DNA of 63,001 bases, the filler included, from Choristocarpus tenellus KU-1152 (lineage: Eukaryota; Protista; Phaeophyceae): assembly GCA_964200185.2 (NCBI GenBank). It is 9 parts of 9 records of this genome, joined end to end, with 100 filler letters (N's around TTAATTAATTAA, not from the genome) between each part and the next. Parts side by side here need not be neighbours in the genome. Positions count along the whole stretch, not along the records: positions 1 to 3,980 come from CAXNAD020016816.1; positions 4,081 to 8,435 come from CAXNAD020014952.1; positions 8,536 to 17,983 come from CAXNAD020003668.1; 6 more parts are not named here. One strand, written 5' to 3'. The stretch's first letter is position 1. Each line of letters begins with the position of its first letter. A program made the position numbers and the translations under genes. Positions 1 through 14,600 of the stretch are shown here, piece after piece. The notes beneath the pieces are model-generated. The model saw only the letters and a program-made list of their open reading frames with translations. It searched no databases and had not been told where the DNA came from.

Positions 1-1739
1 GCACAACTCTGAGCCCCTAACACAATTGTAGTTCCCCCCCCTCCCCGGAGTAGCAAGGAAAGATATATCCAGGAGGGAAGTCAAACAAATTTTCTACGGA
101 ACCAGAAAGCAGGGACACAAATCTTAGCAATTGGTACGATCATAATTCTCTCCCCCCCTCCCCAGGAGTAATTGAAGTTTGAAGATGCCTCCTGCAAGCA
201 AAGTCGAGCACACAACAGGCTAACCATGGACATAAACATGCACATGCATCCACACTCCCACCCAATTCCTTCACCACCGTGTAGAGGACTTTGGACTTGT
301 CAACTCGTCCTCTTTTTCGCTCACCTTGTCCACGCACCGCGTCTCGCTTCGTGTCCACAATATCGTATACCCGATCTCAGCGGCTGAGGAAAGCTTCACA
401 TACAGCACTAATCCAGCTCATTTTCAGCCTTCGTATCCCCTTCTCCTCCGCCACCTCGTCCACTATCCTCGCCGCCTTTACCATCTATTCCCACTCCCGA
501 TTTACCTCGTTCCAATCCAATATTAGAACATTTAGTTAACCCCTGTGCTACCGAGCAAGTTTACTAAGTATTCCAATATCCACTACACCCACCACAACAA
601 AAAATGCTCTCGTCATTCGTCAGGCCTCACCTCAACAACCGCCTTCATTCCTCTCTTTTCACCCAACATCTGAAATACCACCACAAGGAGAAAAGACACA
701 AAGTCGGCGAGTACAGTCATCTAAGCCTTACCATAGGCTAACTCGTGAGGCCAACAGAAGACCAACTGCATGCCATGCCACAATAGCTAAGGCGATCTCC
801 CTACAAACCAAGACCGACAAGTTCTAGACATATATATATATATATATATACACACATCATACATGCCCCCGCCTTTTTCGAAAGTTCCACCAACCAGACA
901 AGATGCTAACATCGAAATGATAAAGAGAGTGGGAGGTCAGGATGAAGGCCACCAATTGATTCCTCGACACTCAGTGTCCTTACCCCATCTTCGCTGCCCC
1001 GTCACGGGTTACACTCTACAACATCTGCGTATTCCACAGAGAGTCACACTGGACTCACAAAATTGATTTCAGCGATGATCAACTTCACCCTGTTCGAGAA
1101 AGTGCCACCCTCCAAAGTGGACTATATATATTGTGCTGAAGGCGAACCTTTTTTGGCAATAGACTGCTGATCGTTTATGTAACTCTCTCAAGGAGTCAGC
1201 AGGAGAAAATGATACCATATCCAACCCAAACGCATCTGGGACAGTTTTCAACACCCTAACCTTTAAACGGTCGTTTCGACTAAAGGTACTTTCTGATAAG
1301 TTCGATGTTTTTTACTGAAGTTTCAACATCACTTTTGTAGGACAGACGTGAGACTGTCGTTGTTTAGGTGGTGGTTGCTGGACTCTTTTGTATCTGGTTC
1401 GATTTAAAACACTGGTCGGTTCGTCATTCTCTTGTTTATTTCTTAATAGTAGATACTAGTTGTTTTTGATTGGTGACGAAAACTATATTTTTTTGCAGGT
1501 CGCAGAATTCGTTCTTTTTAGTAAGATGCGAATATTCTGTTTCCAATTATCTCTCCAATCTATTAGAAGTCTGCCTCCCCACCCTCTCATTCTGTCAAAT
1601 TTAAAGACCCCCAGGCCAAAAAGTAGTAGTTCCACAGAGTCAGATAGTCGAAGGATGCAGGACTGCTGTGTGCTCTGGTGGAACAATAGCATCCCAACAA
1701 AAAAAAGTGGTGGCTTCCAGCTTCAGGTTGTACCACCAC

Positions 1740-2170
1740 CCGTTTTAGACCGTATTAAGACTCAATGGTGGTACATCCATATTTGATGACCTCTTTTGCT
1801 GTAGAGAAAGCATTTCCCCTCGAATGTGCAACTATTATTGCTGTGCGATTTTGATCCACACTTACCGCATTCAGCACCCTTCTGATCGTTGTTGTGCCCA
1901 CCCTTGTGACGATTTCAACTGTCGTATTCCTGTTTCAAGGCCGGAGAAAGTCTCTTGCTCTGGGCCTTGAAACAGGAATGCGATGATCGATATCGCCACA
2001 AGGGTGGCTACAACACCGATCAGAAGGGTGCTGCATGCGGTATGTGTGGATCAAAAGCACACAACAACAGTAGCTACGCATTCGAGAGGGAATGCTTCCA
2101 CTGCGGAGAAGGAAGTCATCTAATGTCGATGTGTCGTCAAAGTGTGGCGATCTCGTTTATAACGGGGAAT
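1740..2170. repeat. Long inverted duplication (palindrome) of a retroelement gag-like fragment
   Basis: 1810-1950 is the diverged reverse complement of 1954-2095 (e.g. attcctgtttcaaggcc / ggccttgaaacaggaat) around a loop of a few nt. The right arm encodes CFHCGEGSHLMSMC, a CCHC zinc knuckle. Confidence 0.85.
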
Positions 2171-3980
2171 GTACGAGTTGGAGCTGGAGAGGTCACCTTG
2201 CTTATCCGAGACGCAGCTGTAGGAAACCTGCTCAACCAAAAAATCGGCTCAAGTTCCCATTGGGCATGGTGGCCAAGGCCGAACAGGTGGGAGTGTGCTT
2301 GGATATGAAAAATTATGTAGTGATTCAGGACCACTTTGCAAGATTCAAGTAATTTACAAGTATAATTTCTCCCCTAACACATAGAAGTTTACGCCTAAAT
2401 TAGTTGCACTAGTACCCAGCATTACACACACAAACTTGCGTGTATCACTCTGCCTCAACATTTGCCTTTTAGAACACCATTACAGCCATTAGCTGTGTGT
2501 GACAGGGAGGTGTCACTTATCAGATTTGCATGGCATTAATCAATGTACACGCATCTGATACCTTTCGCCTCAGCCCATCAAACTGTGTCCATAGGTGCTA
2601 ACACCGATCCTCCTTCCTGCGCAACTATAATTTCCACCATGTTACAAATCATTGTGAGTTATCGTGGTGCACGGCAAAAGAGCAGGGCATATGGAAGTTG
2701 GTGCCAACGTGTATGATTATTGGGATGTCATCAGATCAGCACCGAAGGATTCCCGAGTACTATATGTATAAGAGCGTACCAGATGATGCAGGAGGTAGGT
2801 GTACCTTCCCATGCGACAGCTAAGAAGCCCTCGAGTCTATCCAAATTCTTCCTCCCCACATTCAGCGAAGGGCTGGTATACCCCACGACACCTTCACCTC
2901 TGGTCCAGAGGTTGGGAGGCGATAAGGACGGAAACTCCTTGATCGACGGAGATGCAGGAAGTGAGATAAGAGGACGATGGTGCGAAGAAAAAATGATTAA
3001 GGAAGCAGAAGAGATCTTCAGCAGTTGGAGACCAACATTCTGGAGCACTGTACCAGGTCTGGTGGCCATGCTACTCCTCATAGGGGGGCAACATCAACAT
3101 CTGTGGTTGACTTTATATTATCACTCCTAAGTGTTCGTCTGTGACCATTAAATCTACCTATGTTTTATGTGCAAGTTATGAATCCATTAATCTCTTTACT
3201 GTCGAGCTTTCTCCTGAACCCCAGACTTTTAAGGCAGTGCGTAGATCCCTCCAGGACATTGGACAGGACAGAGGACTACCCATTTGCCGTACAGAGAAGC
3301 TGTTTATTGTTTGATGTGGGCAACAGTGATGACTACGATAGGCTAGATACTGCCAGTGTAGTTTGTGAAGTATCCACAGTACTAAAACAGGTCCAAGGAC
3401 CTGTCCTGGTGTGCAGCCAATCTTGTGTTTTTGCTTATTTTAATCCCTGTTCACGTGTTGGGGGTTGGGTTTTTGCTGGTATTAGTAATGAGTATAATGA
3501 GTGCGTGTGCTGATGTAGCCATGCTGGAGACTATCTTATGATGATTGTAGATACGTGACTGGAGGATCCATATATTGCTTACACTGGAGAGGCAAATAGC
3601 TTTGAAGTCGAAGGTCGAAGGTGTTTTATCACCTTTTTCTACTGTGAGTGAGTATGTTGCCCTTAGTAGGGTGGCACAGGAGTTGATATTCTTGCCAAGT
3701 ATTTTTGAGTTTTATTCAGCCTCAAGACCCCAAGGCGTTCCATTTTAATATGTTTGAGGATAGTGATAGAGCATGCAAATTGGTACCCAGTATAACCAGC
3801 TTAACTTTGACCAAGCACAATGATGTCTGGCATTATTTATTGAGAGACGTCAAGGATTAGATTGTGTCACGTTTGCCAGTAGTGCTGATCAGAGAGAGTA
3901 GATATTGTGCAAATTACCTTGGAAGGTAATGCTATTAGTTAATAGTGAGGATAAGAAGGTGTGAAGCCTCACACGACCCC

Positions 3981-4080
3981 NNNNNNNNNNNNNNNNNNNN
4001 NNNNNNNNNNNNNNNNNNNNNNNNTTAATTAATTAANNNNNNNNNNNNNNNNNNNNNNNNNNNNNNNNNNNNNNNNNNNN
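3981..4080. other. Artificial contig-joining spacer (N44-TTAATTAATTAA-N44)
   Basis: Identical 100-bp spacers at 3981-4080, 8436-8535, 17984-18083, 26794-26893, 40555-40654, 50319-50418, 56535-56634 and 59340-59439. The 12-mer carries stops in all six frames, and many contig ends are poly-G/C runs. Confidence 0.98.
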
Positions 4081-4144
4081 GGTGGTTGTGTGGGGGGGGG
4101 CAGTGGGCCCACGCCCACCCCCCCCCCGGCACGACGACGGAGGG

Positions 4145-4199
<55 letters not shown>

Positions 4200-6200
4200 A
4201 CCGGTAAAAGCTGCTGCATTGACTTAGGCATTCCTGAACCTTTCCAATCCAGCCTTCCTCTGCATAGGGGCATAAAGTAAAGTACTGAAGATCAGCCCTC
4301 ACAAGTAGTCGTTTACATGATTTCATAGTTGCAGCATGTATAGCCCTCTGTCAAAGTATATGTCAAACACTTGTGTTAAGCATATTGCAGAGAGGGTAGA
4401 GTCGGCACTTGGTCCTTTGGGGCAATTAATGGAACTCATAACACTACCAAGCCATTCTGCACCCTTGATGGGCGTAAGATGAGGTAAAGAAAAGTGGGCA
4501 GGAAGGTATTTTTGGACTGCTGCTGCAGTCATTCCCAAGTGCTGGTGCACATAGATGAGTCGTTCATACTTCGAAGCAGGACTTATTTGGGAGCCACATT
4601 CCTTTCTTTAGTTCGAAAAAAGAAAAATATATAGTTGGCATTAGGTACAGGGCCAGGGTTTGGAGTAGGGATGGAGCAAAGAAGCTGTGTGACTGAGAAT
4701 AGAGTTTGGGCATGGGCTTGTTTGTGCCATGGATTGGAGGCAAGTCCAGACCTTGCCATATGCTAGGTGCAGCTGATGAGAGTATGCACCACAAACCTAA
4801 CAGAGGAGGATGGGGGTGATGCGCATTGCAGAGTGGAGTGTGTGTGATGGTTTGAGAATGATCACTCAAGCTGTGCAAAACGAGAGAGGCTACTTCAGCT
4901 GCTGTACGTATCAATGAGTGAAAGTATCTTAGAGGGTACGAGTTTTGCCCTGTTTGTCCATTTGGGACTTGGCTTCCCACCGGTGTTTTATGACTTTTTC
5001 CTACCCCAATATGTTTAGGAGTAGGTAAAATTTGCACGTTATGAAGAGGTGTGTCCGGAACAAGGATATTGACACTTCCCCAAAAACATGATAGTCAAAA
5101 TTACATCAAAATCGGAATATTGGAATTTGACCTCGAAATGGACGCGGTTCTACCCTCTAAGATACTTTGGCTCAATGAAAGGGTTAATGGTAGAGTTAGT
5201 AGTAGGGTTAGGATTCAGTTGTGATACTGTTAAAACACCATTGGATCAGTAGGGGGGTTTTGCATGGGCTAAGCATGACCACTTCCTCCCCATCTTAATC
5301 CTGGGACAGGCATTCTACAGGGGGCAGGAAGGCGATTCAACTCAACGAAGCTTCTGATCTGGCATCACTTAACCAGAGCAAATGGGGCGGAATTCAAAAA
5401 CAAGCGCAAGAGCATAGGCGGCAGCGGGCAAACCATCTCTTTGAAGTGAGGAGTCCAGACAGAAATAAGATGATGAAGGGGGCAAGGAAAGGACCCTAGA
5501 GGCTTAGGGAGATAATACTAAAGTAAAGAAAGGAATGGCTGAGGGGAAGAAAGCTGGCTCGTATAGGTGTGGGGGGAGGTTGTTGGTATAAGGGAAAAGG
5601 AAGGGAGAGAACTATTGCAGAGATATACATTGGGGGTAACGATCTGGGGCATGGGGGTTAACTGTGCATATCTAATCATTGGAGGGTCAAGTGTTCCAGT
5701 TTCGCACAATGTTGCAACATTGTGTAGAAACTATTCAGAAGTGGCTAAGTGGATTTGAGTAATACTGCTGGCAGAGAAATCGAAATGCGCTGCTTTTTTT
5801 AGGTAAGGGCTTGATTATGGCATTAGTGCTGCTGATACAGGCAGAGCTTTCAGGAAGGGGAACTTCCGCCTGCTTATGTTAACTGTCAGGAGTAGAGCTT
5901 GAACCCTTCAGTCGGAGAGTGTCATATTGCTCAAAGGACTTATTCTTGTGGTTATCCGAATGAGGTTGAGGGGTTCCATGCAACAATCGAGTTTCTGCTC
6001 TTTCTGCCTCATCTGGGTATTAGTTGCACCTGTCTGTGTTGCGTGCACACCGTTTCAAGTCTCCCAAGACAGCTGCAAGTTCCTTCCCCGTCCCTTCACA
6101 CCATAGTCGAATTTACTTGCAACCTTGAGTTCCTTTGGATTTCACCTCTTCACTTGCCTTGATCTATTATAGGTGCCTGTGTCTCCAAAGCGGCACTGTA
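4200..6200 (-). mobile_element. Degenerate non-LTR retrotransposon (LINE) RT remnant
   Basis: Broken minus-strand frames give RYAQLTPMPQ (resembles WxxAxIxPIPK) and xGPFLAPFIILFL (resembles the QGxPLSPxLF motif). Interrupted by a MITE. Confidence 0.35.
4916..5173 (-). mobile_element. ~258-bp MITE (GAG...CTC TIRs, Sola2-like)
   Basis: Termini GAGTGAAAGTATCTTAGAGGGTA and TACCCTCTAAGATACTTTGGCTC; internal sequence shared with the other copies. Confidence 0.9.
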
Positions 6201-6373
6201 CTCACCTAGTCCCTCAAGGGTTAGGGATGGTTTTATTCATCTAGTCCCTCAAGCTCTACCCTCACCTATATTTCTTAAGACTGATGTAATGATGTGATGT
6301 AGTCCCAGATCCAGGCCATTCCCATCCTCAGCCCCTTCAAACCACCACATTTCAAGCGTATAATCAGGATTCA

Positions 6374-6636
6374 GAGCCAAAGTATCTTAGAAGGTAGAGC
6401 TGCGTCCATTTGGGGGCCAAAATCCAATCTTGCGATTTTGATGTAATTTTGGCTATCGTATTTGTTAGGAAGTGTCAATATCCTTGTTCCGGACACACCT
6501 TTTCATATTGTATACCTTTTCCCTACTGCTAAACATTTTGGAGTAGGGAAATGTCATAAAACACCCTGAGGGAAGCCAAGCCCCAAATGGAGAAACAGGG
6601 CAAAACTTGTACCCTAACCCTAAGATACTTTCACTC
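6374..6636 (+). mobile_element. MITE copy, same family
   Basis: GAGCCAAAGTATCTTAGAAGGTA...CCTAAGATACTTTCACTC; flanks ttca/gtca (imperfect 4-bp TSD). Confidence 0.9.
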
Positions 6637-7301
6637 GTCATGAACTCAATTTTGACAGGCACTAGCGGCACCTCCACCTACTCTCTACTAGGAACACACC
6701 TTTGTACAATGGACCGCATTTCTGTTTTTTTTTTTTAAACAGGTGCTCAAAGAGGAGCTACATATGGAGCATGAGCGAGAGCTGACGATACTTCAATCAT
6801 CATCAAGAGAGCAACATTTTCATGCATCAGAGACCATAAAGGAGAGAGTAAGTGTGGGGAATTAAATTGACAGAAATTTGTGGGGGAAAGTATCTGTTGT
6901 AGAAGTGTACTGAGGATCATGAAGCTGGGGCAAGGTACTAAAGAGGAATGACGGGGAGGTGGTGGGGAGAGGGCACTTTACCAGTGCAGATAATTTTCTT
7001 GTTGTAAAAAGTTATGGAGTGCTCTGTTGAAGAATAGATAATGTGTGGGCAATAAAGCAGTATCCCTCCCGGCCCGGAGTCCTATTGTATACGCTTGTCA
7101 AGAAATACTCCGAAAGCGTCTTCTTGGTTTGGAGATTGTGCACCATTCTGACGATACTATCAAGAACCACTGCTGTGATAGCACTATAAAATGGGCAGCT
7201 TTGTGAGGCCGAGTCCACCACTAACTCGGAAACTCTATGCTGCTAATTATTAAATTCATTTGCAGTCCTCCGTGATTAGATTGTGCTGAGAATAAATATT
7301 T

Positions 7302-7495
7302 GGCTCAAATTATCTGGGAGGGGGTGGTGGCTGTCCATTTGGGGTGAATTTTTTCATATCGCGATTTTCGGGTGATTTGGTTGCATACGTCGGATGGATA
7401 ATGTAAATGCACTTTTCCCGATTTTGCCCCAAATGGACACCCTGGTGTAGAACCCCCCCCCCCCCCCCCCCCCACACACCCAGATACTTTGGATC
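7302..7495 (+). mobile_element. Diverged sister MITE subfamily
   Basis: caaattatctgggagggg...gtccatttgggg...cccagatactttggatc. Related termini occur at contig ends near 26768 and 50297 (gacccaaagta...). Confidence 0.55.
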
Positions 7496-7499
7496 TTTA

Positions 7500-8045
7500 C
7501 CCCAATCCCCTCAAAAAGTTGAAAGTCATTATGATACCAACATCAAACATGGCATTACAGAGTGAGAAAAGAAAAGAACAGCATAAGAAAGGATACCTGT
7601 GGATTTCCAAATGTTGAAAATCCAACCCTAAGCCGATATCCATTGAGCCTAGAGTGCATCCAAGATAGGAGGCCTCCCAGGAACAAACCTTACCGATCTT
7701 GTTGCCCATAATATACCAGAAAGACTTATTGCCACATTTGATTATGGACTTTCACGATCCCTCTTTCTCATGATACTCACCTTCCCTACATCACCTCCTC
7801 ATACCCGGCAATACCCGCAACCAACTGCACCTTCCACACGATCCAACACCCCAGGGTACTAACTGAGTAGTAATAGATTTTTCCCCACCCAGGTTCCACC
7901 CCCCTACATCTCGTTTCTACTGTTGAAAACGCCAATAAACATAGGCGACAGCCGCAGATCGCATCATGCGTACCTTGAGGAGCTATCACCTCCTTGACAA
8001 TGTGGAGGATGCACATCACATCCGCTATGTCCTCTCGTCCCTGAG
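7500..8045 (+). mobile_element. LINE 3' remnant
   Basis: gaggatgcacatcacatc-cgctatgtcct reads EDAHHI then (frameshift) LCP, resembling the ExxxHxxxxC knuckle at LINE ORF2 C-termini. Confidence 0.3.
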
Positions 8046-11000
8046 GACAGCAGGTTTTGAAAAGAGAGAGGGGGGGAGTAAAGGAGGAAAGCCTTTATCA
8101 AGAAGCTGTATCTCTTCCTGCGGGAACGGTTCTGTGCATCAGCATCATAGCCTCACCCGCCATAGATGCCACAGTCAGGGCTGCAAACACGAAGGGGAAT
8201 GTGAAGACATCACTGGCAAGAGATCATGCCATGGAGGCACCTCCCTCTCCACGGAAGCACATGCAAATAAAGATACCTACAGCGTCAGCGCATCTGGAGT
8301 CACTTCCACCGAGGATATGAACCATGACAAGGAGGAGAAGGGACTTCCAGACAGTTGGGAGGAGCAGCCAGTATGTGACCTACAGCAGTTTGAGGGGAAC
8401 CTGAGCGGGAGCAAGGGAGAGATAAAGGGGAGGGGNNNNNNNNNNNNNNNNNNNNNNNNNNNNNNNNNNNNNNNNNNNNTTAATTAATTAANNNNNNNNN
8501 NNNNNNNNNNNNNNNNNNNNNNNNNNNNNNNNNNNCTCCATAGTATGCTCCATCCTCAATTTTGCTGAGAGGCTGTTTGGTGTTGCCAAACCGAACACAC
8601 TTGTACAATTTGTGTAGGTTGGTTGCGCTTATGCTCTATCCATCCCTGAAATGTGATCATAACCTTGAGGTGATTTTGCAGGCACATCCACTTGTCTATC
8701 TCTCCTTCTGTTAACCGAACTTATTTCTGTATTCCGTCTGTAAGTAAGCCCCCCAAACATCTACGCCTTGGGAAGTCGTTTGTCAGTCGTATATGCAATG
8801 AACCCTGCCTGTGAACAGAAGCATCTCCGTTTTCGGGTAGGTCCCTTGATACTCCCACACTCAGCTCGTCTTCAAAACGGCATCTTCGTAGGACAGAGGG
8901 TGATCAGTGAGGAAGGAAAACCCAACATATGTTACACTGGAGCCGATAAATGGTATTTTTTTATTGGAATTGAGAGGTACATATACTAAACCTTCCGATT
9001 TCTGACAGATCCTCAATCTCAAAAAAACAAAAACAAACTCCCATCAAAAGACGCGTAGCCTTGGGTCCTTCTAAATATTCACAGTATTATTTTATTGAAC
9101 CTCTTCAACAGGTTCTTAACATATTTGAGGTAGAGAGAGGCCTTTGTGACCTTGAGAGTGCAACCAACTTTGCCACAGCTGACTACTTAAAAACTAGCGT
9201 TTCTAATGCTGGTTGCAAAAGACAGATTTTGTGAACAGGAAATTAACTTTGATGGACCAAGTGGAAGGTACGTTGGGAATGTACACCTACCTGTACCTTG
9301 AAATCTTTTTCTGAACCGCAGGAAAAAAGGACACACAGAAATACCTCGATCGTGACGGAGAAGATTCAGTTCAGTTGGAGGAAACACGCACCAGATTTGA
9401 GGAAACAGGCGGAGTGATGACTAGTGGGACGGCTAAGTAAGCCCAATACACAAGAAAAAATCAAGGCACACATTGGGCAGTGCAATTAGCTTTAGTAAAA
9501 CAGGTACTTCGTAGGGTAGAAAAATGAATCGAGTGTGGACACCCATCTGACCACAGGTCAAGGGGCTAGGCAGGGTGGAGGTAGTGGAGAAGTTTCTAGA
9601 CTATTGTGAGCAAATGAAGATAATCATGCGTATCTTGATATAGAGTGACTTTCTTTCATCTCCAGGAGACAACGGGACGAGAACTTCCGGAACGGATTTC
9701 GATGAAGTTGCGACTTGGACAGAACAACCCACCATCTGACCTGGTCCTTGGGGATTTACAGTAACTCCTCACCTCGCAACGTCCCACTCAAACAATGCCT
9801 AGCGTACGTATCTGCAATTTGTGACGCATGCTACGAACGCGAAAACATGTATGTTCCGATCTGTAGGGAACGGGCTGTCACAAGGGTACTCAAGCGGAGA
9901 GAAAGATAATATATATCGAGAACGAGGAGGGAGAAAAATGGAAGAATCGAGAAATACAGGAATAAACAATTTCAAGACACAAAATAATCCGTACAGTTGA
10001 AAGTATTATCTATAACCCTAAAAATGTATTCATGTACGTGTGATCTAGAAAAAAAAGACTGCTCATGCCATTCAAGTTACCTGAATGTGTTCCTGCTTCT
10101 CCTCAGGCTACCTATTGACCATGCTTGTGTGTGGGAGTCTGCTTTCCTTTTCAAATTGTTTGAGGTTCAACATCAACTATTCTCAGCTAGGTACTGTTGT
10201 TGGCAATTGGTGATCTGAGTGTGGAGGAAGCAGGCTAATTCCCTACCTACTCCCTAGAATGAGTTGGGGAAGATCGATGTATTAAATTGATACCTAACCA
10301 CTGACAAAGAAAGACTTGCCTTCCATTTAATCAGTGCATCGGCAATTGTGTGTTCAAAGGATGACCTCCACAGGCAACCCATATCAAGCACACACTCCTA
10401 ACTGTCATCTAGTCGATCACAAAAGATTGCTTGTCACAACAGGTACTTGTACTCCGAACTATGTAATCTTGTTCCTCACTTGGAGATGAAAAATGCTTAT
10501 ATGTAACTCTGGAGATCCACTTGTGTTACACTGATCAACTCCTGTATGCAAATCCGTTTATATATACTGAGAGGGAAAAGTGATATGGAAGACTGGTCTC
10601 GATTGATGTTTACAGAAACTGAATCAGCCCTGCATGTTTCCGATTGATACCATAGCACACTCATTACTATTTCTACCTTTTTTTGACAAAGCAACAGGGG
10701 TCACACACCTGGTTTAACCAGTGAACAGATTTGTCTCATCTGTTGACTCCACCATTATCGATTGAAGACTACTCTTAAACGGAGTAGGAAAAAATAGAAG
10801 CCACTTGAGGCTCCACTCCCTTTCTGCACATAATCTCACAGTACACAACAGGCAGTAGCTCTGAGGCTACACAAGACGATTTAGAGGTCTTCCTGCCCCC
10901 CACCTCTCCCATCACTCAAAAACAATACAATTCCCTATGTCCAACTGACTGCAAAATATATGCCTAACTTCATATTTTTCAAAAGCAATCGAAGATAGCC

Positions 11001-11661
11001 CGTCCATTCAAAACCTAGGACAAGCCTCATGTAGTCAATCGTACATTTAAAATGAGTTTTCCACACACTATGTATGGATGTTTTGACTTATGTATGTCAA
11101 AACACAAACTTTGAACACATCATCAAAGCGTCCCCCAGAGGGTGGGGAGGGGGAAGGAAAGGAAAGCAAAACAAGACACAACAGCATACAATTGTATCTC
11201 AGCCTACCTACACTTCACCACCATAAAAAGAAATCATTGGCAAGATCAGATATAACAACGAGGCCTTCCAGGGGAGATATTTGACACGTGTTCTTGGATT
11301 GCTCTTTTACAGCAACACCTAAAATAAAAACAAACAGTAACATTTTGCTAGGATAGGGGCTAAAGCACATTCCACCTGTGTACCACACAAACAGGACTTA
11401 AAACCAACACAGAAGAAATAATGCCCCAGCAATAAAATGCTAATATTTTTAAACATTGAGGGGTAATCATGGCAAAACCTAAGGATGATTACTGTCTTTC
11501 AAACACAAGGGGGTGCAACATGAGGTAGGGGGAGGGGGGATGGGGTACAACACCCCCAAAAAAACTGGGATCCTCAAGCATAGGAGAAGCATCAACAAGA
11601 CAAGACCATCAATGATGCACTGTACAATTTCAATGTAGGAATGGTCAAATATGGTCTCGAC

Positions 11662-14600
11662 CTAAAACTCTGCAGGCAGGGAGTCCATATCTCTACAATT
11701 GTGCTATTCCGGCGTCACTTAAGCACCATCATGCCTTCTCAAGACTGGCACCCCCAATAAACTCAACAACTGCGAACCCTCTTTCACCAAATCACAGCAC
11801 AAACACCATCGCTAAATCAACATACATACACACACACACACACAAATAACACAATATCAGTTCACATTTCCACAGCTCACGAAAATTGCCAGTCCTCATT
11901 CGAGGGTCCACCCAGCTTGACCTCCACCCCTGCCGAAAGGTCCTTCCCCCATGTACCCCCCACCCCCATCCCCGCAGCTACAACTGAGCAGTGCGGATCA
12001 AGCCAGCCATGACCAGTTCTAGCCTCTGCGCCCAGGCGATCTGCAACAGGACCCCGGACTTCCAAGATGGGAAACAGATTTGCCCATGCTCTAAGCACGC
12101 TCTCCTCTGTACCATCCTTTGACTCATACCAGTCCTATTGATAGTTATTAGGGGAGACAAATCACAGATTAATAGGGCTCGAAAGATGTCCCCGAGACTT
12201 GCTACCTTCAAAGAGAAGTGATGTAAATAGGGATAGTATATCAAAAAGGATGAAAATAATTAGAGCAGTTTAGTATTATCAAGGGCGGTGCCTGCTCTGA
12301 ACGACTGAATGGTTCATGTTGTTGATTATTTGGATGTCCAACACCTACACAGTGGAGACATGCTCAGGTTCTATTGCTTCAGTGGCCATCTGCTCTGCCT
12401 CCTTTGAATGAGATGCTCACGTTTGGTTGTACTGGATGCCAACACTTACACAAAACGAACACTTCAAAGCCCTTTATTTAACTCCATAGAGATGAAGAAC
12501 CCTATTCCACATGAGCTACTACCAATTCTTTGTTTTTCATTCCACCCTTAGTTCAACTGAAGTCCTTGATTTACTTCCATCCTCCCCACGTCCCTCACTA
12601 ACCAATCAGGTCTAATCTAACAACTCAAGGCACCTATCACAAACACTACAGTACAGGGGGCCTCTCACAACACACTTAATATCATGTCCTCTGCACCCCC
12701 TCTCCCAACATCTGCAGCATATACCTTGGTAATCCACGGAATGGAGAGGACAAGCCGATTCAACTTCCGATCCATTTGAGCAAGTGTTGGCTCTCCAAAT
12801 CCAGCATCCGTGGCATTCTGACCAGCCAGCCAAGATAGATAAATAACATGTGTGCAAGGGCAAGTAAGTAATTAAGAGGGCAACTGATTTGACCTTGACG
12901 GGTCAAATTTAGCTTTGAGGACAGTTCTACACTGAAAAACTAATATATATAATCATTAAAACAGCCACAGCTCGACCTTATTTATCAAGGAACTTTACAA
13001 CATGGAAGTATCACTGTACTTACTATGCCCTCCCTTTCAATACCAGCAAAGATGGACACACGGAAAAAATGGGGCCTAAAAGTCACTACGCTCCATCTAC
13101 ATGAAAACAGTCTCTGTTATGCAAAACAAATCTAACACCACACTTGGCACATGCACACAATACAACCCCACACAAGTCAGATCCACTTACCACAGCTAAC
13201 AACTGAAGGCACTCCTCAACAGGAGGTCTGAGCTCATGTGTAACCAGCAGTATACCCCCAGCCCTCAGGCTTGCTGCAGCAGTGGAGAAGAAATCTCTTA
13301 CCTTGGTTCCCATTAACGCCAAGACCTCTGTCTTTTTCACCTTTCCAACAAAACAAAAGCTCCATCAGACACCATTTAATCGAGTTGTGGGGAGGCAAAT
13401 TGTCCGGCAAGTACTGACTATATTATACAACACGCAATAAATGATGCCTCAACAAACACACACACAAATCTACGCACTTTGGTAGGTAAGTTGGTAGGGT
13501 TGACTTGCCAAGAAAAAAAGAGTATGACACTGAAGTCATCTAGGTGTCATGCAATCGCATGGTATAGAACCCACTGAGTTGCAAAAAAGCACTCAGAAGC
13601 ATTTTATACTTGAAGCTGAGGCCAAAATGTCACATTTGAGCAAACTTGACCAAAAGCTCATCTCTAAATACTCCAAAACTTGCTACTTAAAGTACAGAAC
13701 TCATGATATTTTCAAATTCTTGAATTCATTTCTTCACTTTGCTTTTGTTGGGCAAGTACCATGAGATCAATCAACACTGAGCACCTAACTCATGTCAGGT
13801 CTAGCAGTTGATATCATTTCACAAAAAAAAGTAAAAACGCTGTCTGTTGGGCAAATGTCATCAGGGTGTCTTGATGCATTTTTCTCCAAGTTTTACAACC
13901 GCATTTGAGTACCACATCAACCGAAATATTTATACACACCCCTATCACAGGAAAATACCTGAAATATATATCAAAATTGAGGAAAAAACAGTTCTGATAT
14001 AATAATTAAAAAAATAACTAATACTTCTGGTAAGACAGTAATGAACGGTGTTGTATAGTTCAGCCAATGAAATTCAAACCTGAGTGTGGGGCAAGAACCA
14101 AGAACGTTTTTGGGAATTTGAAAAAAAAGAAGGATAACTGTGTTGGCCTTGTGGAGAGGATACTGAATCCATTGATAGATTATGTTTGATTCAGAGAAAT
14201 CAGACATTCTGACCAAAACAACACTAAAATTGTGCTACACTGATAGTAATTGACCCAAGACGTGTGAGCTACCATCACTAGAACGCCCAAGAAAATGACA
14301 CGCAAAGGGGATCGGCGGACAAGATTGGGCAAAACAAACTTGTATCCTGAATGATTCACGGATGAGAACACACAGAGTTCACACCTCAAGCGCCAGGGCA
14401 CCAATTGGGTTGCCATGACCACTACAGGGCAATTCAGAGGATCTTCTGTTCAAAGCAAAACCATTAGACCTCATTTCACCTCAAGTAACTAAAAAGATAG
14501 CACTCGATATACTATTTTTCCGTTCTATGCCACACACACACACCTTGCATTGTAATTGAGTACATGGAAAGTTTTTCAGCCTATCTTACAATCTATACCA

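Noticed and set aside
4025-4036. Recurrent TTAATTAATTAA palindrome
   Set aside because: Always centred in N44 blocks, so it is an assembly linker rather than biology.
4081-4200. Poly-Pro/poly-Gly ORFs (also 56635-56710)
   Set aside because: They arise from G homopolymers at contig ends.
4916-6636. MITE and tandem repeats as a CRISPR-like array
   Set aside because: The copies are dispersed with conserved interiors, have no unique spacers or cas genes, and the context is eukaryotic.
8600-9735. Possible minus-strand gene (candidate exon 8883-8809 with AAG acceptor and GC donor)
   Set aside because: I could not build a phase-consistent model or recognise homology, so it is excluded from the features and splice counts.
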